From positions 7,093 to 71,092 of the forward strand of contig JBAOIC010000023.1 of NCBI GenBank assembly GCA_037045515.1: a stretch of 64,000 nucleotides of DNA, read 5' to 3'. The notes below the pieces were generated by a model, which saw only the letters and a list, made by a program, of their open reading frames with translations, was not told where the DNA came from and did not search any database. Position numbers and translations under genes: made by a program. Origin of the DNA: Chitinophagaceae bacterium (GTDB taxonomy: Bacteria > Bacteroidota > Bacteroidia > Chitinophagales > Chitinophagaceae). Below, one piece after another: positions 1 to 8,847 of this stretch. Numbering within the stretch: position 1 is the first letter of the stretch; each line of letters starts with the position of its first letter.

Positions 1-770
1 CGCCTTCGGGCACAGCGGCCCACGCCCTGGTCGACGCGTTCGCCGACGAGCCGTTCGACCCGTCCATGCCCCGATGCCCGCACTGCGTCTCGGATCCGCG
101 ACGTGGCCAGACCTCGAGCGGGCCCGTGGCGACGGTCGACCCCGAGGTCGTGGCCCGGTTCGTCCTCAAGGCCGGGACCACGTGGGGGGCGCCGTCGGAC
201 CTGCGCCGGTTGACCCCGCGGGTGCTGCTGTTGTCGGCGGACCGGATCCTGGCGGTGGACCGGGCCGTGGTGTGGGAGAAGCTGGTCTGGGCCGGCTGGC
301 CGACGTGGGTCCCGACCCAGCGCCAGGCCGTCGAACGCTTCCTGCTCGCGGAGTGGGACCGGCTCGTGCAGTCCGCGCCCCGGCCGGGTGGCGCTGCACA
401 CCGCTGGCTGGCCGCCACCGCGAGCACCGGCGGCGACCTGCGGCCCTACCTCGAGCGGTGGGGCGAAGCCATCGGTCCCCTCGCCGAACCCGCCGGACAG
501 GCCAACGCTGTCCTGCACCTGGTGAACCTGCTCGTGCTGAGCGACCTCCGTCCGGATCATCCCCGCACCGTGAACGATCTGTTCGAGGCCTCGCCGACGT
601 CGGACCCGCCGGCCGGGGCCGTCCCGCTCGCCCGCTGGCTGCGCGCGGCCACCACGGCCCACGGCCTGGAGCGGGCGGCACAGGCGTTCGTGGGCACGGT
701 CGACGCCCGCCGGGTGGACCTGGCGGTGGAGCGCCTCCGCCGACTTCCGAGCCGCCACCACCCAGGGTGA
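1..770 (+). CDS. hypothetical protein, 5'-partial (runs in from the window edge)
   Basis: Frame 3 is open from position 3 to the TGA at 768-770 (ORF track 66..770). Third-codon positions are strongly G/C. N-terminal CPHC motif. No family recognised. Confidence 0.5.
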   Translation, partial: PSGTAAHALVDAFADEPFDPSMPRCPHCVSDPRRGQTSSGPVATVDPEVVARFVLKAGTTWGAPSDLRRLTPRVLLLSADRILAVDRAVVWEKLVWAGWPTWVPTQRQAVERFLLAEWDRLVQSAPRPGGAAHRWLAATASTGGDLRPYLERWGEAIGPLAEPAGQANAVLHLVNLLVLSDLRPDHPRTVNDLFEASPTSDPPAGAVPLARWLRAATTAHGLERAAQAFVGTVDARRVDLAVERLRRLPSRHHPG

Positions 771-894
771 GGGCGGGGAACGGGTCATCGGAGCCGGGGC
801 GTTCGCTGGAGGCCCGAGCGTCGGACTGATCGGCCCGAGCCGAGCCGTAGGTGCGGTCTTGGACCGCGGCTCAGGCCGGGGTCAGTGAAGCCCG

Positions 895-1158
895 GTGCTC
901 ATGACGATCGCCCACGAACGAAGGGCCTCCGGACGCACCGCCGAGGCGCTGGCCCTCATCGAGGAGGCGGTCGACCTGCTGAACACGGCCACCGGCCGGC
1001 TCACTGCCGCTGACCCGACGGGGCTGACCGGCAGTTCCCGGGAGCGGGTCCGGGCGCTGTCCGCCGAGGCGCTCGACTCCGGCTTCCCAGTCACCAGTCC
1101 GCACCGGCGTGAGCGGGAGGCGTTCGCCAGTCGGCTCACCGACGACCCGGTGCACTGA
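895..1158 (+). CDS. hypothetical protein (GTG start)
   Basis: 87-aa ORF. About 85-90% G/C at third positions by manual count, which favours this frame over the overlapping antisense ORFs. No family recognised. Confidence 0.35.
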   Translation: MLMTIAHERRASGRTAEALALIEEAVDLLNTATGRLTAADPTGLTGSSRERVRALSAEALDSGFPVTSPHRREREAFASRLTDDPVH

Positions 1159-1185
1159 CCGGCGGGTCGACACCTACCGGGCCGA

Positions 1186-1372
1186 TCAGGCCCGGGCCAC
1201 CTCGCCGTGGTGCTTGCAGCGTCCGACGTAGCCAGCGGGGGTGACCCGCACGGCCAGGCGGGTCCCGCAACGGGCGCAGAAGCGGGGTGGGTCCAGCGGG
1301 CGGCCACAACCCGGGCAGTCGGCATCCGGCGCGCCCGCAGGACGTGCAGTGCCCTCCCGCCTCGTCGCTCAC
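1186..1372 (-). pseudogene. bsaP: BsaP-like small zinc-ribbon protein (biotin synthase auxiliary protein), one 1-nt insertion
   Basis: Minus strand reads [14 protein letters not shown], then after skipping 1 nt near 1330, PDADCPGCGRPLDPPRFCARCGTRLAVRVTPAGYVGRCKHHGEVARA*. Its GTG start overlaps the bioB TGA (GTGA at 1369-1372). Position immediately downstream of bioB matches the mycobacterial arrangement. Confidence 0.55.
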
Positions 1373-2450
1373 ATGACCTTGCCCAGCACCCCGATGGGCA
1401 TCTTGAGGTCGTCGAGCATGGCGAGGTCCTCGGCGGGCGTACGTCCGAGCGTGGTCAGGTAGTTGCCCACGATCAACGCGTTGATGCCCGAGGTCATCCC
1501 CATGGCCTGGAGCTCTCGCAGCGTCACCTCGCGGCCGCCGGCGTAGCGCAGGATCACCGCCGGCAGGGCGAGGCGGAACAGGGCGATCCACCGGATCGCC
1601 TCCAGCGCCCCGACCACCGGCGCGTCGGCCAGGGGCGTACCCGGCCGGGGGTTCAAGAAGTTCAGGGGGACCTCGGTGGGGTCGACGGCTCGCAACTCGG
1701 CGAGCAGTTCGAGTCGTTGGTCGACCGACTCGCCCATCCCCAGGAGGGCCCCGCAGCACAGCTCCATGCCGTTCTGGCGGACCAGCTCGCAGGTGGCCTG
1801 ACGGTCTTCCCAGCTGTGGGTGGTGACCACCCGGGAGAAGTGCGAGCGGGCCGTCTCGAGGTTGTGGTTGTAGCGGTGCACGCCGCCTTCGCCGAGGCGC
1901 CGGGCCTGGTCCTCGGTGAGGATCCCCGGCCGACACGGCCACGTCGAGCCCGGTCTCCTGGCGGATGATCGGGACGAGCTCCAAGATCCGTTGGAGGGTG
2001 CGCTCGTCGGGGCCCTTGACGGCCAGGACGATGCAGAACTCCGAGGCCCCGAGCTCGGCGGTCTCCCGGGCCGCGGCCAGGACCTCGTCGGTGTCCAGGA
2101 AGGGCGTGGCCTTCACCGGGGTGTCGAACGACGACGACTGGCTGCAGAAGTGGCAGTCCTCGGGGCAGCCGCCGCGTCTTGGCCGACAGGATCCCCTCGA
2201 CCTCCACCTCGGGCCCGCACCAGGAGAGGCGGACCTCGTGGGCGAGCGCGGCCAGCGACGGCACCGAGGCGTCGGGCACGTGGGCCAGGTCGGCCAGTTC
2301 GTCGTCGGTGAGCTGGCGTCGCTCGTCGAGCAGCGCCGTCTCCGCGGCCCGGATGGCCGCCCGGGCGGCGTCCGCCGACAACGGTTCCCGACGGGAGGCG
2401 GCCGGGCCGGGCCGGGAACCGAGGGTGACGGGCTGAGGAGTCTCGGACAT
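1369..2450 (-). pseudogene. bioB: biotin synthase (radical SAM), two 1-nt insertions
   Basis: Three minus-strand pieces read MSETPQ...EVEGILSAKT / [34 protein letters not shown]...LDVAVSAG / [28 protein letters not shown]...GVLGKVM. Removing 1 nt near 2174 restores GGCPEDCHFCSQ (CxxxCxxC). Removing 1 nt near 1925 restores [24 protein letters not shown]. Confidence 0.85.
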
Positions 2451-2666
2451 GGCGACCGAGCCTACCGACCTGGGGTTTTGGCTGCCCCAACCCCGGCGAC
2501 CGGGTCTGGGGCGGTCAGCCGAACCCGCGGTTCGCGCCCGTATGGGGCCGACGGCCCATTTCGGCGATGAACCGCGAATGAGGCTCAACCATGGTGCGGG
2601 AACGCCGATTGGCTACAGGAAGACCGCCGGGGCACGTTTGTCCACAGGGGAGCGGTCAGAACCGAG

Positions 2667-5062
2667 ATGACGATGACTACAGCATCGAGCCAGACCCGTG
2701 CGCCGCGGGCGACGGTGCCCATTTGGGTGAAGATGACCGCAGCCCTGATCGTGCCGCTGGCCACGGTCGCGGCCATGTCGCTGGTGCAGATCAACCAGGC
2801 CAAGGACAAGGTGGCTCGCGTCGACCGCGAGACCGACCTCGCCCGGGTGGCCCTGGCCCCCGGTGGCGTCGTCGACGGCCTCATCGTCGAACGAGGCGAC
2901 GCCACGGTCTCGGTGCTCGGGCTTCGTGAGACCACCACGCTGCCCACCAAGTCGCTCGCAGAGTCGATCGCCATGACCGACAAGGGCGTGAAGGACCTCC
3001 GGGCCGCGGTTGCCGCCGGTGGCCCCGAAGCGGCCGCCGCCTTCGGCGACACCCTCGACGGGGTGGAGCGCGACCTGGAGTTCGTCCGCAAGGACGTGGT
3101 TGCGGCCAGCAAGAACGCAGGCCTCGACAACTGGGACCTCTCGAACACCGCGTATTTCGCCTACAAGGGGATCATCGACGACCTCATGCGGGCCAACGAT
3201 GCCCTCGCCGCGAAGATCACCGATCCGCGAGCTGCAGGCGGCCGCCGTCACCCTGAACGAGGTCAACCGGCGCCCACGACGCCATCAGCAACGTGTCCCG
3301 AGCCGTCGGCACGGCCATCGCGCCGAGCGAGGGCAACGCGGCACGTGACGCCGTGGTCGAGTACCTCGCCGCCTTCCGCCAGTCCCGCGTCGGCCTTGTC
3401 GAGTCGGACCGACGGGCCGTGGAAGCCCCAGGTGGAGGCGTACGCCAAGAACCCCGCCTACGACCAGTTGAACAAGAAGGCCCAGGAGTTCCTCGACACC
3501 GGGACGATCGACCTCGATGAGTTCATCGGGCTCAACCCGAAGGTCGACAACCGCAAGACCGCCCCCATGGGCACCACCCAGGCCATCGCCCAGAAGGTCG
3601 ACTCCACCCTGACGGCCAGGATCGAGGAGCTGCGATCCGACGCCCGGTCCGAGCAGAACCGCTACACGATCCTGTCGCTGGCGGTCCTGCTGGCCGCCAC
3701 CGTGATCGCCACGGTGATCGCCCGCTCGGTCACCAGGCCGATGCTCTCGCTGGCCCGACAGGCCGACGAGATGGCCACCACCCGTCTCCCCGCCGCGGTG
3801 AGCCAGGTGCTGAACACCGCCCCCGGCGCCGACGTGACCGTGCCCGAGATCCCGCCCGTCAAGGTCAGAATCGCGCGACGAGGTACAAGCCGTCGCAGCG
3901 GCCCTCAACAACGTCCAGACGTCGGCTCTCGACCTGGCCGTCGAACAGGCCACCCTGCGGCGCAACATCGCCGACTCGTACGTGAGCATGGGTCGCCGCA
4001 CCCAGAACCTCATCGGCCTCCAACTGGAGCAGATCAGCGAACTGGAGCACGACGAGGCGGACCCCACCGCCCTCGAGGCGCTGTACCGCCTCGACCACCT
4101 GGCCACCCGCGCTCGACGCAACGCCGAGTCGCTCGTGGTGCTCGCCGGCACCGAGAGCCAGCGCCACGGAGCGCCCCCCGCTCCCATGACCGACGTCATC
4201 CGCGCCACCCTCTCGGAGGTCGAGGCCTACCAGCGGGTCGACGTCGCCCACCTCGATGACGCCTGGGTCCTGGGCGCCGTCGCTGGCGACCTCGTGCACC
4301 TCTTGGCCGAACTGGTCGAGAACGGCCTGGCCTTCTCGCCGCCGTCCAGCCGGGTGGAGATCGAGGGCCACGGTTCTGCCGCCGGGTACACCCTGCGGGT
4401 CGTCGACCACGGTGTGGGCATGACCGGCCCAGAAGATCGAGGAATCGAACCGGCGCCTTGCCGGTCGAGAGAACTTCACGGTCGCCCCGTTCGCGGTACC
4501 TGGGCCACTACGTGACCGGCCGCCTGGCGGAGCGAGTCGGGGCTCGGCGTGAGCCTGCACCCCGGTCAGGGCGACGGCATCGTCGCCGAGATCGTGCTCG
4601 CCCCCAGCGCCCTGCTCGGCGAGGCACCGGGGCTCCGCCGAACCGGCTCCCGAGCTCGCCCACGACGCCCCCACGTCGGCGCCCGAGGCCCCGAACGCAG
4701 GGCGCCGACCGCCAACGGCGTCGACGCTGCTGCCAACGGCTCCCCGACGTCCGAGCCGATGCAGGCCGGGGGCCTCGGCGAGAACATCCGGGTCGACGGA
4801 CGCCCACCGGCAATCGAAGACCTCCCCGACCTCGAAGAGCTGCCCACCGGCCTGCGCAAGCGGGTTCCGGGGCGTAGCTCGCAGGTGGTCCGGGACCGTT
4901 CGCCCCTGCTGAGGTCGGGTGCCAGCGAGGCCTCCCCGGTGGCGTCGGATGCACTTGGCCGACGGGGACCAGGCCCAGAACCTGGCATCCTTGCTGACCT
5001 CGTACACCTCAGGATTGGAACGAGGGCGGGAAGACGCGGCAGCGGGCGACAGTGAGCGCTGA
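2667..5062 (+). pseudogene. CvnA-like (conservon-type) sensor histidine kinase with a nitrate/nitrite-sensing-type N-domain, HAMP and HATPase; about 8 frameshifts
   Basis: Recognisable blocks lie in successive frames: MTMTTASS...AAKITDP / ELQAAAVTLNEVN / AHDAISNVSRAVGT...VESD / PWKPQVEAYAKNPAYDQLNKK...TRPMLSLARQADEMA / DEVQAVAAALNNVQ...RRTQNLIGLQLEQISELEHDEADPTALEALYRLDHLATRARRNAESLVVLAG...LAELVENGLAFSPP...VVDHGVGM / IEESNRRLAGRENFTVAP / SRYLGHYVTGRLAERVG / LGVSLHPGQGDGIVAEIVL / ...LTSYTSGLERGR. The frame index advances by +1 at about 3228, 3270, 3412, 3862, 4433, 4490, 4535 and 4950. Confidence 0.75.
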
Positions 5063-5517
5063 TCCCCAAGCCCCCCAGAGAACGGAGTCGAGGTCTGTGG
5101 CACTGAGCGAGAGCGCCGAGAACTTCAACTGGTTGATCGATGATTTCGTGGCGAAGACCGCGGGGGTCACCGACGCCATCGCCGTGTCGAGCGACGGCTT
5201 GCTCATCGCCACGTCGCGGTCTCTGGCCCGTGAGGACGCGGAGCAGGTGGCCGCCATCGTCACCGGTCTGGTCTCGCTGTCGGACGGTGCCGCCCGCACC
5301 TTCGGCTTCGAGGGCCTCCAGCAGGTCATCGTCTCGATGAAGCTGGGCTTCATGTTCGTCTCGCAGATCTCGCTGGGCAGCGCGCTCGGTGTGGTCGCTA
5401 CCGCTGGCAGTGACATCGGCGCCATCGGCTATCAGACCAGCCTGCTGGTCGACCGCACGGGCGCCCTGCTCACGCCCGAGCTCATCGCTAGAGCTCCACG
5501 TCTCCGTCATCGTCTGA
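5052..5517 (+). pseudogene. Roadblock/LC7 (MglB/CvnB-like) domain protein, one probable 1-nt insertion near the 3' end
   Basis: GTG start overlaps the kinase stop. Sequence NFNWLIDDFVAKTAGVTDAIAVSSDGLLIATSRSL...VVATAGSDIGAIGYQTSLLVDRTGALLTPELIA is typical of Roadblock/LC7 partners of conservon kinases. Dropping the A near 5489 gives ...ELIAELHVSVIV* ending at 5517. Confidence 0.7.
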
Positions 5518-5540
5518 CACCCGCACCCACGCCCCGCGAC

Positions 5541-5585
5541 GTTGGGGGCACCAGCTCGTCACCACGACGAGTTCCTGCCCCCAAC
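5541..5585 (+). terminator. GC-rich hairpin downstream of the Roadblock gene
   Basis: GTTGGGGCA...CTCGTC-ACCAC-GACGAG...TGCCCCCAAC. The outer 10-bp arms are perfectly complementary. There is no T-tract. Confidence 0.35.
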
Positions 5586-5710
5586 CCCCAGGATCGGCGG
5601 GAACCGGTCAGGTTCTGACCGGTTTGAACCGGCAGGATGGTCGACGCTCCTGGGCCGCGGTTGCCCCGTCACCGCCCCCACCTCGCTTCCCCGACCACTG
5701 CGGAGAACCC

Positions 5711-6708
5711 ATGCCCCCCATCATCGAGGCCACGGGGCTTCGCAAGACCTATCGGCGACACCACCGCCATGGACGGCATCGACCTGGTCGCCCAGAGCGG
5801 CTGCCTGACGGCCCTGCTCGGACCCAACGGCGCCGGCAAGACCACCTTCATCTCGGCGGTGGCCACCCTGGTGAAGCCCGACTCGGGCACGCTGCTGGTC
5901 GGCGGCATCGACGTCCGTGGCTCACCCCCAGCGGGTGCGGCCCATCCTGGGCCTGGCCGGACAGTATGCGTCGGTCGAACCGGCGATGACCGGCCGGGAA
6001 AACGTTCAGCATGATCGGCCGCCTGTTCGGGCTCAACCGCAGGCCGACGCCCGATCCTGGCTGCCGATCGACGTCCTGGCCACAGCTGGGCCTGAGCGAG
6101 TGCCGCCGACCGGTCTGGTCCGCACCTACTCGGGCGGCATGCGCCGCCGGCTGGACCTCGGGCGCCAGCCTGGTGGGCAACCGCACGGCTGCTGCTGTTG
6201 GACGAGCCGACCACCGGGCTGGACCCCGGCAGCCGCCTGGAGCTGTGGGAGGCGATCCGCGAGCTCGGTGGCCGGCGGCACCGACGTGCTGCTGACCACG
6301 CAGTACCTGGAGGAGGCCGACCACCTGGCACGCGACGTGATCATCATCGACCACGGCAAGGTGATTGCTTCGGGCACGCCCAACGAACTGAAGAGCCTCG
6401 CTCGGGCCGCGACGTGATCGAGATCCACCCGGCCCGCCAGGACGGACCTGGCGGCGGTGGCCGCCATCGTTCAGTCGGTGATCGACCACGATGTCCACGG
6501 TCGAGCACGGAATCGCTCGAGGTGCACCGCCGCGCGATCGACGGAGGCGCAGCGCAGTTTGCCGGCGATCGTTCGGGCCGTCACCGACAGCGGCATCGAT
6601 CGTGGACGACATCGGCCAAGCGTCGCCCCACCCTGGACGAGGTGTTCCTCGGCCATGACCGGCCAACCCGCATCCGAGACCCCAACGACCGAGGGAGCAG
6701 CGGCATGA
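5711..6708 (+). pseudogene. ABC transporter ATP-binding protein (DrrA / ABC-2 exporter type), heavily frameshifted
   Basis: Blocks in rotating frames: MPPIIEATGLRKTY / GDTTAMDGIDLVAQSGCLTALLGPNGAGKTT (Walker A) / RPILGLAGQYASVEPAMTGRENV / MIGRLFGLNRR / VRTYSGGMRRRLDLG (signature) / LLLLDEPTTGLDPGSRLELWEAIREL (Walker B) / GGTDVLLTTQYLEEADHLARDVIIIDHGKVIASGTPNELKSL / RRPTLDEVFL / AMTGQP. The stop overlaps the next start (ATGA at 6705-6708). Confidence 0.8.
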
Positions 6709-7614
6709 CCGTCGACACCAATACATCCCCAACAGGCACATCCCCAGGTGGCACATCCCCCACCCGCACGACACCGAACAGCACGGCCGACCTCGCCCGT
6801 CCGCGGGACCCGACCGACCGGCGACGACCGGTGCCGGATTTGTCGTGACCTCGATGGAGTCGGCCCGACGCACCGTGCTGCAGTTCTTCCGCACCCCGCA
6901 GGTGCTCGTTCATGAGCACCGTCCAGGGCGCCATGTTTCTGTTCATGTTCCGCTACGTATTCGGCGGCGCAATCTCCACCGGCGGGGACCTCTCCTACGT
7001 CAACTTCCTCGTCCCCGGGTTCCTGGTCACGCGTGATCCTGTGGACGGGCATGGGCGCCGCCTCGGGCGTGGCCGAGGACTCGGCCAGCGGCGTGTACGA
7101 CCGCATGCGCTCGTTGCCCGTGCCCCGCTCCGCCGTCATGGTCGGACGGGCGCTGGCCGACATCGGCCTGGTCTCCTGGGGAGTGCTGACGACGGCCATC
7201 ATCGGGTTCCTCATCGGGTTTCGTCCCGACGGATCGGTGCTTGCAGTGCTCGCCGGGTTTGGCCTGATCATCGTCGCCTCAGGTGCGTTCGCCTGGGTGT
7301 TCATCGTGCTCGGCCTCGTCTCCGGCAACGCCCAGGCCGCGCAAGGCATGTCGATGCTCATCATCCCCTTCTCGTTCATCTCCAGCGCCAACGTGCCGGT
7401 GTCGTCGATGCCCGGCTGGATGCAGCCCTTCGCCGCCAACCAGCCGATCTCGGTCATCATCAACGCAGTGCGGTCGCTGATGGTTGGCGGCACCGACGTG
7501 GTCGGCATCGGCCACACCACTACCTACTGGGTGCTGCTGTCGCTGGTCTGGTGCGCGGTCATCGCCGCGGTGTTCGGTGCCATCGCAGCCCACCGCTTCT
7601 CGAGGATGCGCTGA
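6705..7614 (+). pseudogene. ABC-2 type transporter permease (DrrB-like), 3-4 frameshifts
   Basis: Reads MTVDTNTSPTG... / VVTSMESARRTVLQFFRTPQVLV / MSTVQGAMFLFMFRYVFGGAISTGGDLSYVNFLVPGFLVT / ILWTGMGAASGVAEDSASGVYDRMRSLPVPRSAVMVGRALAD...HRFSRMR*. Multi-TM profile, translationally coupled to the ATPase. Confidence 0.75.
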
Positions 7615-7682
7615 GCCTGTCCCTCGCGGGAGCAGATCGCCCCGGTCGGGAGCAGACCGCACCGGTAGGGCAACCGGGACGA

Positions 7683-8553
7683 TCAGCCCCTGACGAGGTC
7701 GGCGACCGCGCGGAGGTGGTCGGGGGTGCCGTTGACCAGCAGGGTGGTCATGCAGGTGTGGCGCCACTTCTGGTCGAGCTCCTCGCGGACCTTCTCCGAG
7801 GGGACCCACCATGGCCACGTCTTCCACCAGCGCCAGGGGCACCTTGGCGATGGCCTCGTCCTTGCGACCGGCCAAGAAGAGGTCCTGGATCTGCTCGACC
7901 TCGTCGCCGTAGCCCATGCGGCTGAACACGTCGGCGTGGAAGTTGACCTCCCGGGCCCCCATCCCGCCGATGTAGAAGCCGAGGAACATCCGCACCACGT
8001 TCCGCGGCCCGCTCCACATCGTCGTCGATCACGATGCTGACCATGTTGGGCACCTCGAAGGTGGCCAACGAGGTGTGGCGAGCACCCGGTCGGGCGAAGC
8101 CCTCGGCCAGGTTCTCGCGGTACTGGCGGTCGAGATCGGCCGACAGGAAGATCGGCAGCCACCCGTCGGCGATCTCACCGGCCAGGGCCACGTTCTTCGG
8201 ACCCTCGGCGCCGAGCAGGATCGGGCAGGTCGGCCCGGCGGGGGTGGGTGATCGACTTGAGGGCCTTGCCCAGCCCGGTGGTGCCCTCGTCGCGGTTGGG
8301 CAGGCGGTAGTGGCGTCCGTCCAGCTCGACCGGCTCGTTGCGGGCCAAGCACCTGGCGGATCACGTCGATGTACTCACGGGTGCGCTCGAGGGGACGCGG
8401 ATAGGGCTGGCCGTACCAGCCCTCGACCACCTGGGGGCCCGAGGCGCCGAGGCCCAGGACGGCCCGGCCCTCGGTGAGGTGGTCGAGCGTGAGGGCAGCC
8501 ATGGCGGTGGCCACCGGCGTGCGGGCCGACATCTGGCAGACCGCCGTGCCGAG
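7683..8553 (-). pseudogene. LLM-class (luciferase-like) F420-dependent oxidoreductase, 5'-truncated, four 1-nt insertions
   Basis: Minus strand reads [69 protein letters not shown] / [17 protein letters not shown]...[11 protein letters not shown] / [27 protein letters not shown]...DDDVERAAE / VRMFLGFYIGGMGAREVNFHADVFSRMGYGDEVEQIQDLFLAGRKDEAIAKVPLALVEDVAMVG / PSEKVREELDQKWRHTCMTTLLVNGTPDHLRAVADLVRG*. About the first 70 codons expected for this family are absent. Confidence 0.7.
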
Positions 8554-8575
8554 CTAGCAATCTTGTTGTGTAGCC
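8553..8575. other. fusion scar / filler between two truncated genes
   Basis: GCTAGCAATCTTGTTGTGTAG is about 40% GC inside roughly 70% GC DNA. It contains the GCTAGC palindrome and puts a TAG directly upstream of the LLM reading frame. Confidence 0.5.
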
Positions 8576-8725
8576 CCTTGGACCCGTCGTCTTGCTGTCG
8601 CCGGTCGAGGTCGTACCCGACCACGTCGTAGCCCTGCTCCGCCGCCCGGACCGCCAGCGGAAGGCCGACGTACCCCTGTCCGATCGACCGCGACGCGGGT
8701 CGCGGCGTTGCCCGTGGATTCGCTC
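8576..8725 (-). pseudogene. N-terminal fragment (about 45 codons) of a nucleotide-sugar dehydrogenase (UDP-glucose/GDP-mannose dehydrogenase family)
   Basis: Minus strand from the ATG at 8725 reads MSESTGNAATRVAV, then after a 1-nt shift [27 protein letters not shown]. This is the Rossmann GxGxxG N-terminus. The similarity stops before the scar. Confidence 0.45.
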
Positions 8726-8847
8726 ATGTTCTCCCTGTTCCCCCTGGCCTGCTGCGGCGGGCAACGCTACCGCCCGGGGTCGCCCCCGCCCGGTCTCCCG
8801 GGGGCTCGGGGTACAGTCCGCTCACCCTGCCCCCCACGGAGGTCGTC

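Noticed and set aside
6711-6775. 15-bp periodic ACATCCCC...GGC repeats.
   Set aside because: They encode a low-complexity Thr/Ser/Pro-rich N-terminal tail (TSPTGTSPGGTSPT) of the permease, which is a compositional feature rather than a separate element.
166-7520. Many long ORFs antisense to or overlapping the called high-GC genes. Examples are 166..681(-), 3285..4208(-), 3865..5103(-), 4566..5510(-), 5848..6894(-), 6471..7520(-) and 6912..7925(+).
   Set aside because: - GC-rich DNA lacks stop codons in non-coding frames.
- These ORFs translate to Arg/Pro/Gly/Ala-rich low-complexity strings.
- The opposite or alternative frames contain clearly recognisable protein families.
7627-7666. A 20-bp tandem duplication, CGGGAGCAGATCGCCCCGGT / CGGGAGCAGACCGCACCGGT, between convergent genes.
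   Set aside because: - There are only two imperfect copies in a 70-bp spacer.
- No further structure or partner is visible, so it is likely a trivial slippage duplication.
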